Assembly: GCA_020061125.1 (NCBI GenBank)
Contig: JAGUYV010000078.1
Coordinates: 1 to 42,021 of the forward strand
DNA length: 42,021 bases
Origin: a bacterium
Lineage (GTDB): Bacteria; UBP15; UBA6099; DSWB01
Direction: 5' to 3'
Shown: piece after piece, positions 1 to 8,263 of the stretch
Numbering within the stretch: the first letter of the stretch is position 1
Layout: every line of letters begins with the position of its first letter
Program-made: the position numbers and the translations under genes
The notes under the pieces: generated by a model
Told to the model about the DNA's origin: nothing
The model's input: only the letters and a program-made list of their open reading frames with translations
Databases searched by the model: none

Positions 1-224
1 AGGGCCGCGGTGCAACTCGTCACGGCCACGGTGTGGCGCGCGCCGCAATATGCGGACACCGCGGATTCGAATTCGGTGACCCGCGGGCCGGATGTGATCC
101 AGTCCGAGCGCAGGGTTTGCGCCACGGCCTGAATTTCCTCTTCGCCCAGGCACTGGCGCGCATAGGGCAGAGGCGTGTCGCGCACGGGCGAGCCGCCTTC
201 CAGGGCAGGCTTGTTCAGCTCCAT
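1..224 (-). CDS. DegT/DnrJ/EryC1/StrS-family nucleotide-sugar aminotransferase, N-terminal fragment (runs off the left edge)
   Basis: Own minus-strand translation from the ATG at 224-222 gives MELNKPALEGGSPVRDTPLPYARQCLGEEEIQAVAQTLRSDWITSGPRVTEFESAVSAYCGARHTVAVTSCTAA. This matches the conserved N-terminus of PLP sugar aminotransferases (PseC/PglE-like: Y.RQ...EE...V...L.SDW.T.GP.V.EFE...A.Y.G....VAV.S.TAA). The ATG overlaps the stop of the upstream SDR gene (ATGGAGCTGA). It is absent from the ORF track because it is truncated. Confidence 0.7.
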   Translation of the reverse strand, partial: MELNKPALEGGSPVRDTPLPYARQCLGEEEIQAVAQTLRSDWITSGPRVTEFESAVSAYCGARHTVAVTSCTAA

Positions 225-1207
225 GCCGTGCGCCCCTTTTCCAGGTTGTCCGCGATCCAGGCGCAGGTTTTGGCAAGGCCCTTTTCAAGCGGCGTGCGCG
301 GCTTCCATCCGAGGATCCTGCGCGCTTTGCGCGCATCGCAGCACAGTTTCATGATTTCGCTCTGCGGGTGTATGTGCTTGACATGCTTAATCTTTGACGC
401 CGTTCCCGGAACCGTGGCCAGAGCCATTTCCGCGAGGGCGTTCACGGACACATCGCGGCCGGTTCCGGCGTTGAAGATCTCGCCGCTGGCGCGTCCGGAA
501 TCCGCGGCGCGAAGGATGAAGTCCACGCAGTCCTCCACATAGAGCAAATCACGAGTCTGCTTGCCGTCTCCGTAGATGTTCAGCCGCTGGCCGCGCAGCG
601 CGCGGTGCAGGAAGATGGAAACCACGCCCCCCTCGCCCGAGGACTTCTGGTGCGGCCCGTAGGTGTTGAACGGCCGGATCACGGTCACGGGCATGCCGTA
701 GGCATGGGCATAGGAAATGCACATGTTTTCGGCTGCCAGTTTCGCGCCCGCGTAGGGTGAGCGCGGCACGGCTGGATGCGCTTCGCCGATGGAGCCAGAG
801 GACGCGGCCATGTCGTAAACCATGCATGTGCTCATGAACAGCAGGGACGCGCGGCTCGCGCGGCACATCTCCAGCAGCCGGAAAGTGCCCTCCACATCCG
901 AGCGGAAGGTGGCCGCGGGGTCGTCTATGCTGTCCTGCACGATGATCTGCGCGGCCAGGTGCAGGATTCGCGTGGGTTTGAATTTTTCGAAAAGCGGTTC
1001 CATAGCCCTGCGGTTTTCGATTTTGCCTTTCTGGAACAGCTCGAAGCGCGGCTCATTGCGGAAGTCCGCGATATTCTCCAGGCGTCCGTTGGACAGATCG
1101 TCAATTACAGCCACGCGGGCGGCCGTATCGTTCAGCAGCGCCTTGACCACCCAGCGGCCAATGAACCCCGCGCCGCCGGTCACAAGCACTCTTTGCGTCT
1201 TCGCCAT
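215..1207 (-). CDS. NAD-dependent epimerase/dehydratase (extended SDR)
   Basis: N-terminal Rossmann motif VLVTGGAGFIGRWVV. Catalytic YxxxK is present in SPYAGAKLAAE. ATG at 1207. The gene sits between two other sugar-modifying genes. Confidence 0.85.
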   Translation of the reverse strand: MAKTQRVLVTGGAGFIGRWVVKALLNDTAARVAVIDDLSNGRLENIADFRNEPRFELFQKGKIENRRAMEPLFEKFKPTRILHLAAQIIVQDSIDDPAATFRSDVEGTFRLLEMCRASRASLLFMSTCMVYDMAASSGSIGEAHPAVPRSPYAGAKLAAENMCISYAHAYGMPVTVIRPFNTYGPHQKSSGEGGVVSIFLHRALRGQRLNIYGDGKQTRDLLYVEDCVDFILRAADSGRASGEIFNAGTGRDVSVNALAEMALATVPGTASKIKHVKHIHPQSEIMKLCCDARKARRILGWKPRTPLEKGLAKTCAWIADNLEKGRTAWS

Positions 1208-1248
1208 GGTTTTATAATCCTTTTAATTTTTCAAGTGCAATGTGCAGC

Positions 1249-2271
1249 TCACAGTCCGTAAATAGATTTGATCATCTTCTCGATCTCCGGCTTGGTCATG
1301 GGCTGCACATCGTGGGAGATGAAGCGGTCCACCGTGGGCTTTTTCTGTTTGGGATATTTGTATTCGCGCGGGAACAGGTCGCGGATCTGGGGCAGAAGCA
1401 CGAACATGTCGGGCAACTCCACAGCGCGCGTGGATTCCTCTTCAGTCATAAGCTCCTCGTACACCTTTTCTCCGGGTTGCGCGCCGATGATGCGCACTGC
1501 GATTTTTCCCTTGCGCCCGCACGCCGCTGGACCGAACATATCAATCATCACATCCAAAAGGTCGCGCACGCAGATCACGGGCATCTTGAGAATGAAGATC
1601 TCGCCGCCCTGCGCGAGTTGCGTTGCGCGGAACACGAAATCCATGGACTGCTGCGTGGTGATCACGAAGCGCGTCATTTCCGGGTCCGTGACCGTGACCG
1701 GGCCGCCGTTTTCGATCTGCTTTTTGAAGAGCGGGACCACGGAGCCGCGCGACCCCATGATGTTGCCGAACCGCACCGAAGCGAACGCCGTGGCGTGGCC
1801 GCCCTTATAATAGTTGGCGGCGGTGAACAGGCGTTCGGCGAACAGCTTGGACACGCCCATGGTGTTGCACGGGTTCGTGGCCTTGTCCGTACTGGTGAGG
1901 ATCACCTTGCGCACGCCGTTTTCAAGCGCGGCTTCGATGACATTTTTGCTGCCCTCGAGGTTGGTCTTGAGCGCCTCGAAGGGGTTGTACTCGCACGCGA
2001 TCACATGCTTCATGGCCGCGGTGTGGAACACGAAATCCACGCCGTCCATGGCGTGGATGAGCCGTTCCTTGTCCCGCACATCGCCGATGAAGAAGCGCAC
2101 ATTCCGCACATCCATAAGTTCCTTCTGCATGTCGAACTGCTTGGATTCGTCGCGGGACAGAATGCGCACCACGGCCGGCTCGTATTTCAGAACCTGCTCC
2201 ACGAGCAGGCGCCCCACGGTGCCGGTGCCGCCGGTAACAAGTATGTTCTTTCCTTTGAAAAGGGTTTTCAT
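1249..2271 (-). CDS. UDP-GlcNAc 4,6-dehydratase of the CapD/PglF/FlaA1 (polysaccharide biosynthesis protein) family
   Basis: N-terminus KGKNILVTGGTGTVGRLLVEQVL...ILSRDESKQ is typical of the FlaA1/PseB/PglF family. The active-site stretch STDKATNPCNTMGVSK has Met where classical SDRs have Tyr, as in PglF/CapD-type enzymes. The ATG overlaps the maf stop (ATGA). Confidence 0.85.
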   Translation of the reverse strand: MKTLFKGKNILVTGGTGTVGRLLVEQVLKYEPAVVRILSRDESKQFDMQKELMDVRNVRFFIGDVRDKERLIHAMDGVDFVFHTAAMKHVIACEYNPFEALKTNLEGSKNVIEAALENGVRKVILTSTDKATNPCNTMGVSKLFAERLFTAANYYKGGHATAFASVRFGNIMGSRGSVVPLFKKQIENGGPVTVTDPEMTRFVITTQQSMDFVFRATQLAQGGEIFILKMPVICVRDLLDVMIDMFGPAACGRKGKIAVRIIGAQPGEKVYEELMTEEESTRAVELPDMFVLLPQIRDLFPREYKYPKQKKPTVDRFISHDVQPMTKPEIEKMIKSIYGL

Positions 2272-4175
2272 GTTCTGGCCTCTTCCTCAAGGAACCGTTC
2301 CTTGACTTTCTCAAAGTGGGTGAACATATCGTCCACCACTTTGTTTATGCGGTCGAACATATCGCGGTCCAGTTCGAGGATTTCGCGGTACGCTTTTTTC
2401 TTTTCCTGTTTTGTTGCATCGGGATCTTCGAGCGCGTCCGAGTCCTGGTAAAAAATACCCGCCATGCACTGATCGAGGAGCAGGGTGAGAAAATCGAGCT
2501 GGCACTTTTTCTCGCGGATTTCCGAGCGGGTTTGCTGCAGGCTCTTGAGGGTCTTGACGAAAACCTGCGGTTTGGACTCTGACTTTTTCACCTGCGAAAT
2601 GGCCTTGCGCGCCTGCTTGTGGCCCTGGCCGCACAGCGTCTGCAGCTCCTTGAATTCTTCAATCAAGACATCGAGCTGTTTGGTAATTTCATCCGCGGGC
2701 AGCGGCTCGAACGCATCGTAAATCCGATCCAGGGTTTCGCGCGGGCTGGGTCCGTCCTTCACGAACTGGTCAATCACATCGGACGCAAACATGGGAGTGG
2801 CCGCGCGAATGGCCGCGCCGCCCTCGGTGGCGTCAATCACGCGGTTTCGGGACACGGGCAGGTTGTTGTTCAGATACTGCAGGAAGGCGTGGAAACTGCG
2901 GTAGGTGGTCATGGGGTTCCCGAACACATCCGGGATCTGGAGTTTTTCCACGCGGCCCTCGCGCAGGTCGCGGGTGAATTCGCCGCCCTCGAAACTGCCG
3001 TCGGCGTACCAGCGTTCGCCAGGAAACCCGAGGTCCACGCCCATGAGCACCAGCGGCGCCGCGCCCAGGTTCAGGGCGATGGAAATGGCGTCGGTGAGCA
3101 CGGAGCCGCCGCTGGGGATCGCGCCCCGGGGACCGATGATGGGGTCGTACATGCCGCTGATGGGCGACTGGTGGTAATAGCTCACGATGCGGCCCGTATG
3201 CGAGCCAGGAATTTCGTGGTACACCTCGATGGACGGGAACATATAGGCGAAAGAGGTGTCCACGCCCGCGAGTTTCTTGTGGTTGGATTCCTGATAGTCT
3301 ATGGTGACGATCGCGTCAGGCTCGATGCCGTCCTTGAGCAGGATGCGCGTGGCGGTGTCCACGGCCACGATGAGCGCCCTGCCCTTGACGCGCTTGAGCT
3401 GGAGCTTGTTGCGGTCCAGGGACGGACCCGGCGCCACCACGAACACGGGCTGCCCGGCGAACGCATCGAGATAATGAATCAGCCCCGGGCTGCGCGCCGC
3501 GAAATAGAAATTGCGGATCATGTTGCGGAACATCATCTCGCCCGCGTAGCGCGTGGTATAGAGATTGTAGAGCAGATTGTTCTTGAACCCATCGAGGGCG
3601 TCCCTGATGGAACGGATGGCTTCGGGCATGAAATGGTGCAGGTAGTGCATGGCGCAGAAGCGCATGCTCGGTACATTTACCGGTGTCACGCCCTGGCCGA
3701 AGGTGAAGGTGAGATCGGACGCGTCGGTGGAGAAGGTGAGCACGATGCGGCCGGTCTCGAACACGGATGAGAGATCCACGCGGTTGAGCGCTTCGCGGAA
3801 CACGGCCGGAAACGGCTCCACCACGATGATGCGCGTATCATCGGGCGTGTTTTCCACGAGGTATTTAAGATGATATCCGAAGCCGAAGCCGAAGACCACG
3901 ATGCGGCCGGGCCTGCCCTCCACGGCGTCCGCGAAATTCTTTTCGGATTCCTTGATCGGGTCGAACAGGGAATGGCCGTGCATGGTGCGACCCGTGTTGT
4001 CCGTGACCGAGAATGAGGGAAACCCTTTTTTGCCGTCGAAGAAATCGAACGAGAAAAGGCCCGCGGCTGCGGACGGGGCGTTGAGGGCGGCTTCCAGGGC
4101 CTTGAACATGTTTGGATACAGGGCGTCGAGCACAGCCCGGTTTTTGAGGAAAATCGTGTTCGAGGCTGAAGCCAT
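2268..4175 (-). CDS. Motility accessory factor (Maf, DUF115) family putative flagellin glycosyltransferase
   Basis: 635 aa. The central region carries the Maf/DUF115 hallmarks (PVFVVAPGPSLDRN ... VAVDTA ... GGSV ... LMGVDLGF). The C-terminus is a charged coiled-coil-like extension. Located directly downstream of fliS. Confidence 0.8.
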   Translation of the reverse strand: MASASNTIFLKNRAVLDALYPNMFKALEAALNAPSAAAGLFSFDFFDGKKGFPSFSVTDNTGRTMHGHSLFDPIKESEKNFADAVEGRPGRIVVFGFGFGYHLKYLVENTPDDTRIIVVEPFPAVFREALNRVDLSSVFETGRIVLTFSTDASDLTFTFGQGVTPVNVPSMRFCAMHYLHHFMPEAIRSIRDALDGFKNNLLYNLYTTRYAGEMMFRNMIRNFYFAARSPGLIHYLDAFAGQPVFVVAPGPSLDRNKLQLKRVKGRALIVAVDTATRILLKDGIEPDAIVTIDYQESNHKKLAGVDTSFAYMFPSIEVYHEIPGSHTGRIVSYYHQSPISGMYDPIIGPRGAIPSGGSVLTDAISIALNLGAAPLVLMGVDLGFPGERWYADGSFEGGEFTRDLREGRVEKLQIPDVFGNPMTTYRSFHAFLQYLNNNLPVSRNRVIDATEGGAAIRAATPMFASDVIDQFVKDGPSPRETLDRIYDAFEPLPADEITKQLDVLIEEFKELQTLCGQGHKQARKAISQVKKSESKPQVFVKTLKSLQQTRSEIREKKCQLDFLTLLLDQCMAGIFYQDSDALEDPDATKQEKKKAYREILELDRDMFDRINKVVDDMFTHFEKVKERFLEEEART

Positions 4176-4246
4176 AGTCCAGAAAAAAAGCCCTCGGCCG
4201 CTGGTGTCGTCGAGAGCTTGGGTTTATCGGAGCCGGCCGGGCCGGA

Positions 4247-4699
4247 TCACGTGTATGTATTAAGGCCGCCGCCCTGCTGGAGCATGAGCTTGCGGTTTTC
4301 CTGGTTCACCGTGTGCCAGGCTTCGCGCAATTCCCGCATGATGCGCAGCGCTTCGTCAATTTTGGATGCGTTGTTCTCGATGTTCGCTTCCACCAGCCGC
4401 ATGTGAAGGTACACATAGAGAGCCTTGAGGTTTTCGGCCACTTCGCCGCCCTGGTCCATGTTGAGGCTCACGGTCAGCTCGGTGATGATCTTCTGGGCCT
4501 TGATAAGCTTGTTGTGAACGCTTTCCTTGTTCTTGCCGATGTCGGCCTTGGCCTGCTCGCACATCTTGATGCACTCGTCGTAGAGCATGATGATGAGCAT
4601 GAGCGGGCTGGCGGTCTCGACCTTGTTGACGAGGTACTGGCGGTAAGGGTTGATGGCCGGATTGCCGTAAGTGGGGTTCTGGGTCATCGCTCTGGTCAC
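4247..4699 (-). CDS. fliS: Flagellar export chaperone FliS
   Basis: NPYRQYLVNKVETASPLMLIIMLYDECIK is the canonical FliS N-terminal signature, and the size is about 145-150 aa. The start is ambiguous. GTG at 4699 overlaps the upstream stop as GTGA. An ATG at 4687 would give MTQNPTYG. Confidence 0.9.
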   Translation of the reverse strand: MTRAMTQNPTYGNPAINPYRQYLVNKVETASPLMLIIMLYDECIKMCEQAKADIGKNKESVHNKLIKAQKIITELTVSLNMDQGGEVAENLKALYVYLHMRLVEANIENNASKIDEALRIMRELREAWHTVNQENRKLMLQQGGGLNTYT

Positions 4700-5319
4700 T
4701 CGCCTCGCAATCTGGCTTTGATCCCGGGAATCACGCCGATGATCTTTTCCAGCGCCGGCTCGATCTCGTATTCGAGATAATCGTTAATCAGCGTGTAATC
4801 GCTGTTGTTCATGGCCGACACGAGTTCCTTGAGCATTTCGTTGAGCTTGGGAATGTACGCATTGAGCGTGCCGCTGTCCAGGGTGATGTCGTTCATGTCA
4901 ACGATTCCCGAAAGCGTGGCCTGCTGCAACGCGTCGAAGAAATAGATCATGGACTCGATGCCGGTTTTTAGTCCCTGCATGCCCTGATCAATTTCATCGG
5001 AAATGATGTGGTTGACAATGTCCTGGAGCGAAGCCTTGAACTGCTCGAGCGCGGCCTGGGCCGCGTCCATTCCGGCCACAAGCGCTTCGCCGATGTCCTG
5101 GGTCTGAAACGAGACTGAAAGGACATCCTGCACGCTGACCTGGTCCGGGGTGAGATTCATGTCCAGTCCGGCCACGGTTTCATCCACTTTAATTTCGGAG
5201 ATGATCCGCTTTTCGCCCACCAGAAGCTGCTGGTTGATGGCCAGCAGCGCCTGCTCCAGGGTCTGGTCCTGCTCCACGAGCAGGTCCGGCCTGTCTTTTC
5301 CGTCAATTGTGACTTTCAT
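4696..5319 (-). CDS. Hypothetical acidic protein encoded between fliD and fliS
   Basis: 207-aa ORF with an ATG start, tightly packed between fliD (stop 5343) and fliS (overlapping). No motif recognised. Composition is strongly acidic and helix-rich after an N-terminal region of about 70 aa. Confidence 0.7.
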   Translation of the reverse strand: MKVTIDGKDRPDLLVEQDQTLEQALLAINQQLLVGEKRIISEIKVDETVAGLDMNLTPDQVSVQDVLSVSFQTQDIGEALVAGMDAAQAALEQFKASLQDIVNHIISDEIDQGMQGLKTGIESMIYFFDALQQATLSGIVDMNDITLDSGTLNAYIPKLNEMLKELVSAMNNSDYTLINDYLEYEIEPALEKIIGVIPGIKARLRGE

Positions 5320-5342
5320 TCAACACTGTTCCGTTCCGCGGT

Positions 5343-6788
5343 TTACTTGCTGCTGCTGGAAGAACTCTTGGTCAGGTTGCTAAGCTGGTTCAACAGGTAG
5401 GAACTCTGGGACTGCAGGGTGGAAAGGTACGATTCCATGGCCGCGAACTGGTTGCGATAGCGTTCCTCGAGGGCCTCGATGCGATCTTCCCAGGTGGCGA
5501 TGTTGTCGTCAATGCGATCCTGCTGATCGTCAATGCCCAGGATGCGGCGGTAGAAATTCCCGGCCATGGTGTCAACCATGGACACCTTGGTCTGGCTTTC
5601 GAGGTAGCTGTCGAGCTGGTCCGCGAACCCTTCGAGCAGGCTGGCCACTTCTTCCTTGTCGTTGTTGAGGGCCTGGCGCAGCTTGGCTTCGTCCACTTCA
5701 ATGTTGTCGGAGACCAGGGTGCCCACCGTGGATTCGCTGGTGATGCCGATGTCCGCGAGAATCTTGTACACGAGTTGGGTTGCGTCCACATAGCCGGTGG
5801 TCTTCATTCGGATCGAGGACTTGGCCGACGCCAGATCCCAGTCGCCCTGCAGGATGCCCTTTTTCAATTCCGCTTCCGTTTCCGGCTCATCCACGGGTTC
5901 TTCGCCGATGTAGTTTGCGAGAAGGTCCGTGGTGGTGTTGAACTGCTCCACGAAGGACACGACCTGGCTGACGATTTCTTCGGTGTCCAGGCCCACGGTG
6001 AGGGTGGCGTTGCCGAAGTCGTCCTGCAGGGTCATGGTCACGCCGAAGACGGCGTCCTGAATGGTGTTTGTGGAGGAATTGATGAGCACGCCGTTGATGG
6101 TGAGCGCGGCGTCCTGCGCGGCCTGCAGTTCGTTCTTGATGGCGTCCAGGCCCGTGAAAATGCCCAGATTGGTGAGCACATCGTTGGCGCCGTCCACGAA
6201 CGACATGGCGTTGGCGGTTCCGGTGTCGAGCGCCTCGATGACCAGGGTTTTGTTGCCGGTGCTGGGGTCTGTGATAAGCGAAGCCTGGCCCACCTCGGTG
6301 AAATCCACGCCGCCGCCGCTCACCGCGCTGTTGATGCGCTGGGAGATCTGCGACATGGTGTCGCCGTTGAACACATCAATGGTGAAGGTTTCGCCCGCGA
6401 TCGTGATCTGAAAGTTGTCGTCAATTCCCGCGTAGTTGCCGGCCTGGGCGTCGGAACCCACGCGATGCGCCTGGGCGCGGTTGATGATGTTGATGTCGTA
6501 GGTTCCGGGTGTGGCCGCGGTGGTGGCCGTGGCCGTGAGCACATCCTCGTCCGATGAGGTGGCTTTGTTCTGCAGCAACAGGCCATCTTTGAATTCCTTG
6601 ATGGAGTCCCGCAAGGACAGCAGGCTGCTGTTCACCGACTGCAGGGCTTCCCGCTCGTAGTCGAGCATGGTTTTCTTGGTTTCGAGGGCCCTGATCGGTG
6701 CAGCTTCCAGATACATCAACTGCGTGATGATGTTCTCCGTGTCCAGACCGGAAAACAGTCCCGAGAAACTGATTCCGCTTGTGCTCAT
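5343..6788 (-). CDS. fliD: Flagellar filament capping protein FliD (hook-associated protein 2)
   Basis: N-terminus MSTSGISFSGLFSGLDTENIITQLMYLEAAPIRALETKK and C-terminus RYRNQFAAMESYLSTLQSQSSYL are the conserved FliD termini. The preferred start is the ATG at 6788, with AAGGGAG 8 nt upstream. The ORF-track start at 6797 is a GTG. Confidence 0.9.
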   Translation of the reverse strand: MSTSGISFSGLFSGLDTENIITQLMYLEAAPIRALETKKTMLDYEREALQSVNSSLLSLRDSIKEFKDGLLLQNKATSSDEDVLTATATTAATPGTYDINIINRAQAHRVGSDAQAGNYAGIDDNFQITIAGETFTIDVFNGDTMSQISQRINSAVSGGGVDFTEVGQASLITDPSTGNKTLVIEALDTGTANAMSFVDGANDVLTNLGIFTGLDAIKNELQAAQDAALTINGVLINSSTNTIQDAVFGVTMTLQDDFGNATLTVGLDTEEIVSQVVSFVEQFNTTTDLLANYIGEEPVDEPETEAELKKGILQGDWDLASAKSSIRMKTTGYVDATQLVYKILADIGITSESTVGTLVSDNIEVDEAKLRQALNNDKEEVASLLEGFADQLDSYLESQTKVSMVDTMAGNFYRRILGIDDQQDRIDDNIATWEDRIEALEERYRNQFAAMESYLSTLQSQSSYLLNQLSNLTKSSSSSSK

Positions 6789-6864
6789 CTGCTTCACTCC
6801 CTTGATTTTCCAGACCGCTTCCGACGGCCCTTTTGGATAGTAGTGGTGCGCATCCTTTTCCTCT

Positions 6865-6891
6865 TTATCGGCGGAAGCGGAGAAATGTTTA
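6865..6891 (-). promoter_or_regulatory. Sigma-28 (FliA) class promoter for the fliD operon
   Basis: The minus strand reads TAAA-CATTTCTCCGCTTCC-GCCGATAA. This matches the TAAA-N15-GCCGATAA consensus exactly, about 75 nt upstream of the fliD ATG. Confidence 0.7.
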
Positions 6892-7390
6892 GCTTTTCTC
6901 TAAAAATAATTTCTTGTTAATTTATTTTAATAAGCGCGCAAAATACGCCTGTCCGCTGAAAAAATTATTTGAGCAATTACTTCAAATGTCAATGCCGTGC
7001 GGGCGTTTGCGGGAAAAGCCTGTCTATGGGCCGCGGAAGCGCAAATATCACATTTGCCGCAGTGTGCGCGCTTTTCGGGCCGGTGAACATGTGCGAGGAT
7101 TGAAAAAAACCGCGTGGATTCCAGCTAAAACCATGCTGGAATGGCGGATAATAGCACATTTTCGACATCTTAGCCATGAAATTGGAGTCTGTGAGAGCAT
7201 GCATGAATAGGTTGCCGAATTTTCAATATGCCCATGCAAACCACTGTATTGTAATATTTTTGAACGCTTATGGCTATTTTTCGATCGTCTACTGAATATG
7301 CTCAATAGCCGGTCGTTTAATCATCACAACGATACGATGTTCCGTGACCCGTCCGGATCATGGCCGGTGAGCAATCCCCGAACCCCGGCA

Positions 7391-8095
7391 TCACCGGTCG
7401 TCCATGCGCGTAATGTGATGCTCGAAATCGTGGCTGGAGTGCTCCACACGGTCCCGGTATGCGCCGGTGATGTAAGTGCGCCGGCTCAAATCCAGTTTGC
7501 CGATGGAGATTTCCGTGCCGGGCAGCGGCCGCTGGATGTGCAGGGCGTACACTTCGCCCTCGGGGATTTCTTCATCCGCCGTGATAACCGTGAAAACCCC
7601 GTCGTCCACGAAAATTCGCGCCTGCCCGGAATCCATGGCCTGCTCCAGAACCTCGCAGGAAATGAAATCCACGGCCGAATCCGGGTCCAGCTCGAGGTCC
7701 TGCACCGAGTCGCCTGTGATGGCCTGCACCGCGGCTTCGCTGATCCTGTAGCTTTCGAGCAGTTCGGCTTCCGTGACCGGCACGCGGGCGTCCAGCTCGG
7801 GCGCGGCCTCATCCCGCTCGTCCCGGGCCTGGTAGAACGCCACCATCACATCCCGCTCCATGTCCGCGTTCACCACATAGGTGCAGCCGTCGTCGAACGG
7901 CACGAGCTTGAGTCCGCGGCGCGCGGCCAGGTCCCGCAGTTCGTCCAGGGTGAGGTGGCTCAAGCGCGTGCGCCGCTCCTGCTCCAACACCCAGTCGAGC
8001 GTGCGACGCCCGATGCGGTATCCGCTGCAATCCTTAATCTTGAGTGGCCGGAAATGCTCTTTGATGAAACATGTGTACTGCTCTCCGGTATCCAT
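7391..8095 (-). CDS. Hypothetical acidic protein
   Basis: Long ORF with coding-like composition. GGAGGG lies 6 nt upstream of the ATG at 8095 (MDTGEQYTCFIKEHF...). No recognisable domain. Confidence 0.6.
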   Translation of the reverse strand: MDTGEQYTCFIKEHFRPLKIKDCSGYRIGRRTLDWVLEQERRTRLSHLTLDELRDLAARRGLKLVPFDDGCTYVVNADMERDVMVAFYQARDERDEAAPELDARVPVTEAELLESYRISEAAVQAITGDSVQDLELDPDSAVDFISCEVLEQAMDSGQARIFVDDGVFTVITADEEIPEGEVYALHIQRPLPGTEISIGKLDLSRRTYITGAYRDRVEHSSHDFEHHITRMDDR

Positions 8096-8225
8096 AGGCA
8101 TCCCTCCGGATGTTCCCTGGTGTGTCCCGGCTTGCATTTATATTTTACCAGAAAACGGGGCCGCGCGCCTGTTTTTGCAAAAACAACGCCTCGCGCTTGA
8201 CCGAGCCGCGCTGGTCGCGGATTCG

Positions 8226-8254
8226 TTGAAAGGCGCATTGCCCTGTGCTAAAAT
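8226..8254 (+). promoter_or_regulatory. Sigma-70-type promoter (TTGAAA-N17-TAAAAT) for the GTPase gene
   Basis: TTGAAA at 8226-8231, a 17-nt spacer, and TAAAAT at 8249-8254. The ATG at 8264 follows only 9 nt later, with no Shine-Dalgarno sequence between. Confidence 0.5.
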
Positions 8255-8263
8255 TTGCCTGCC

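Noticed and set aside
6914-7305. ORFs in the AT-rich fliD upstream spacer (6914-7210 +, 6989-7204 -, 7048-7305 -).
   Set aside because: No SD, composition atypical for this genome's proteins, and mutually overlapping on both strands. They are most likely non-coding.
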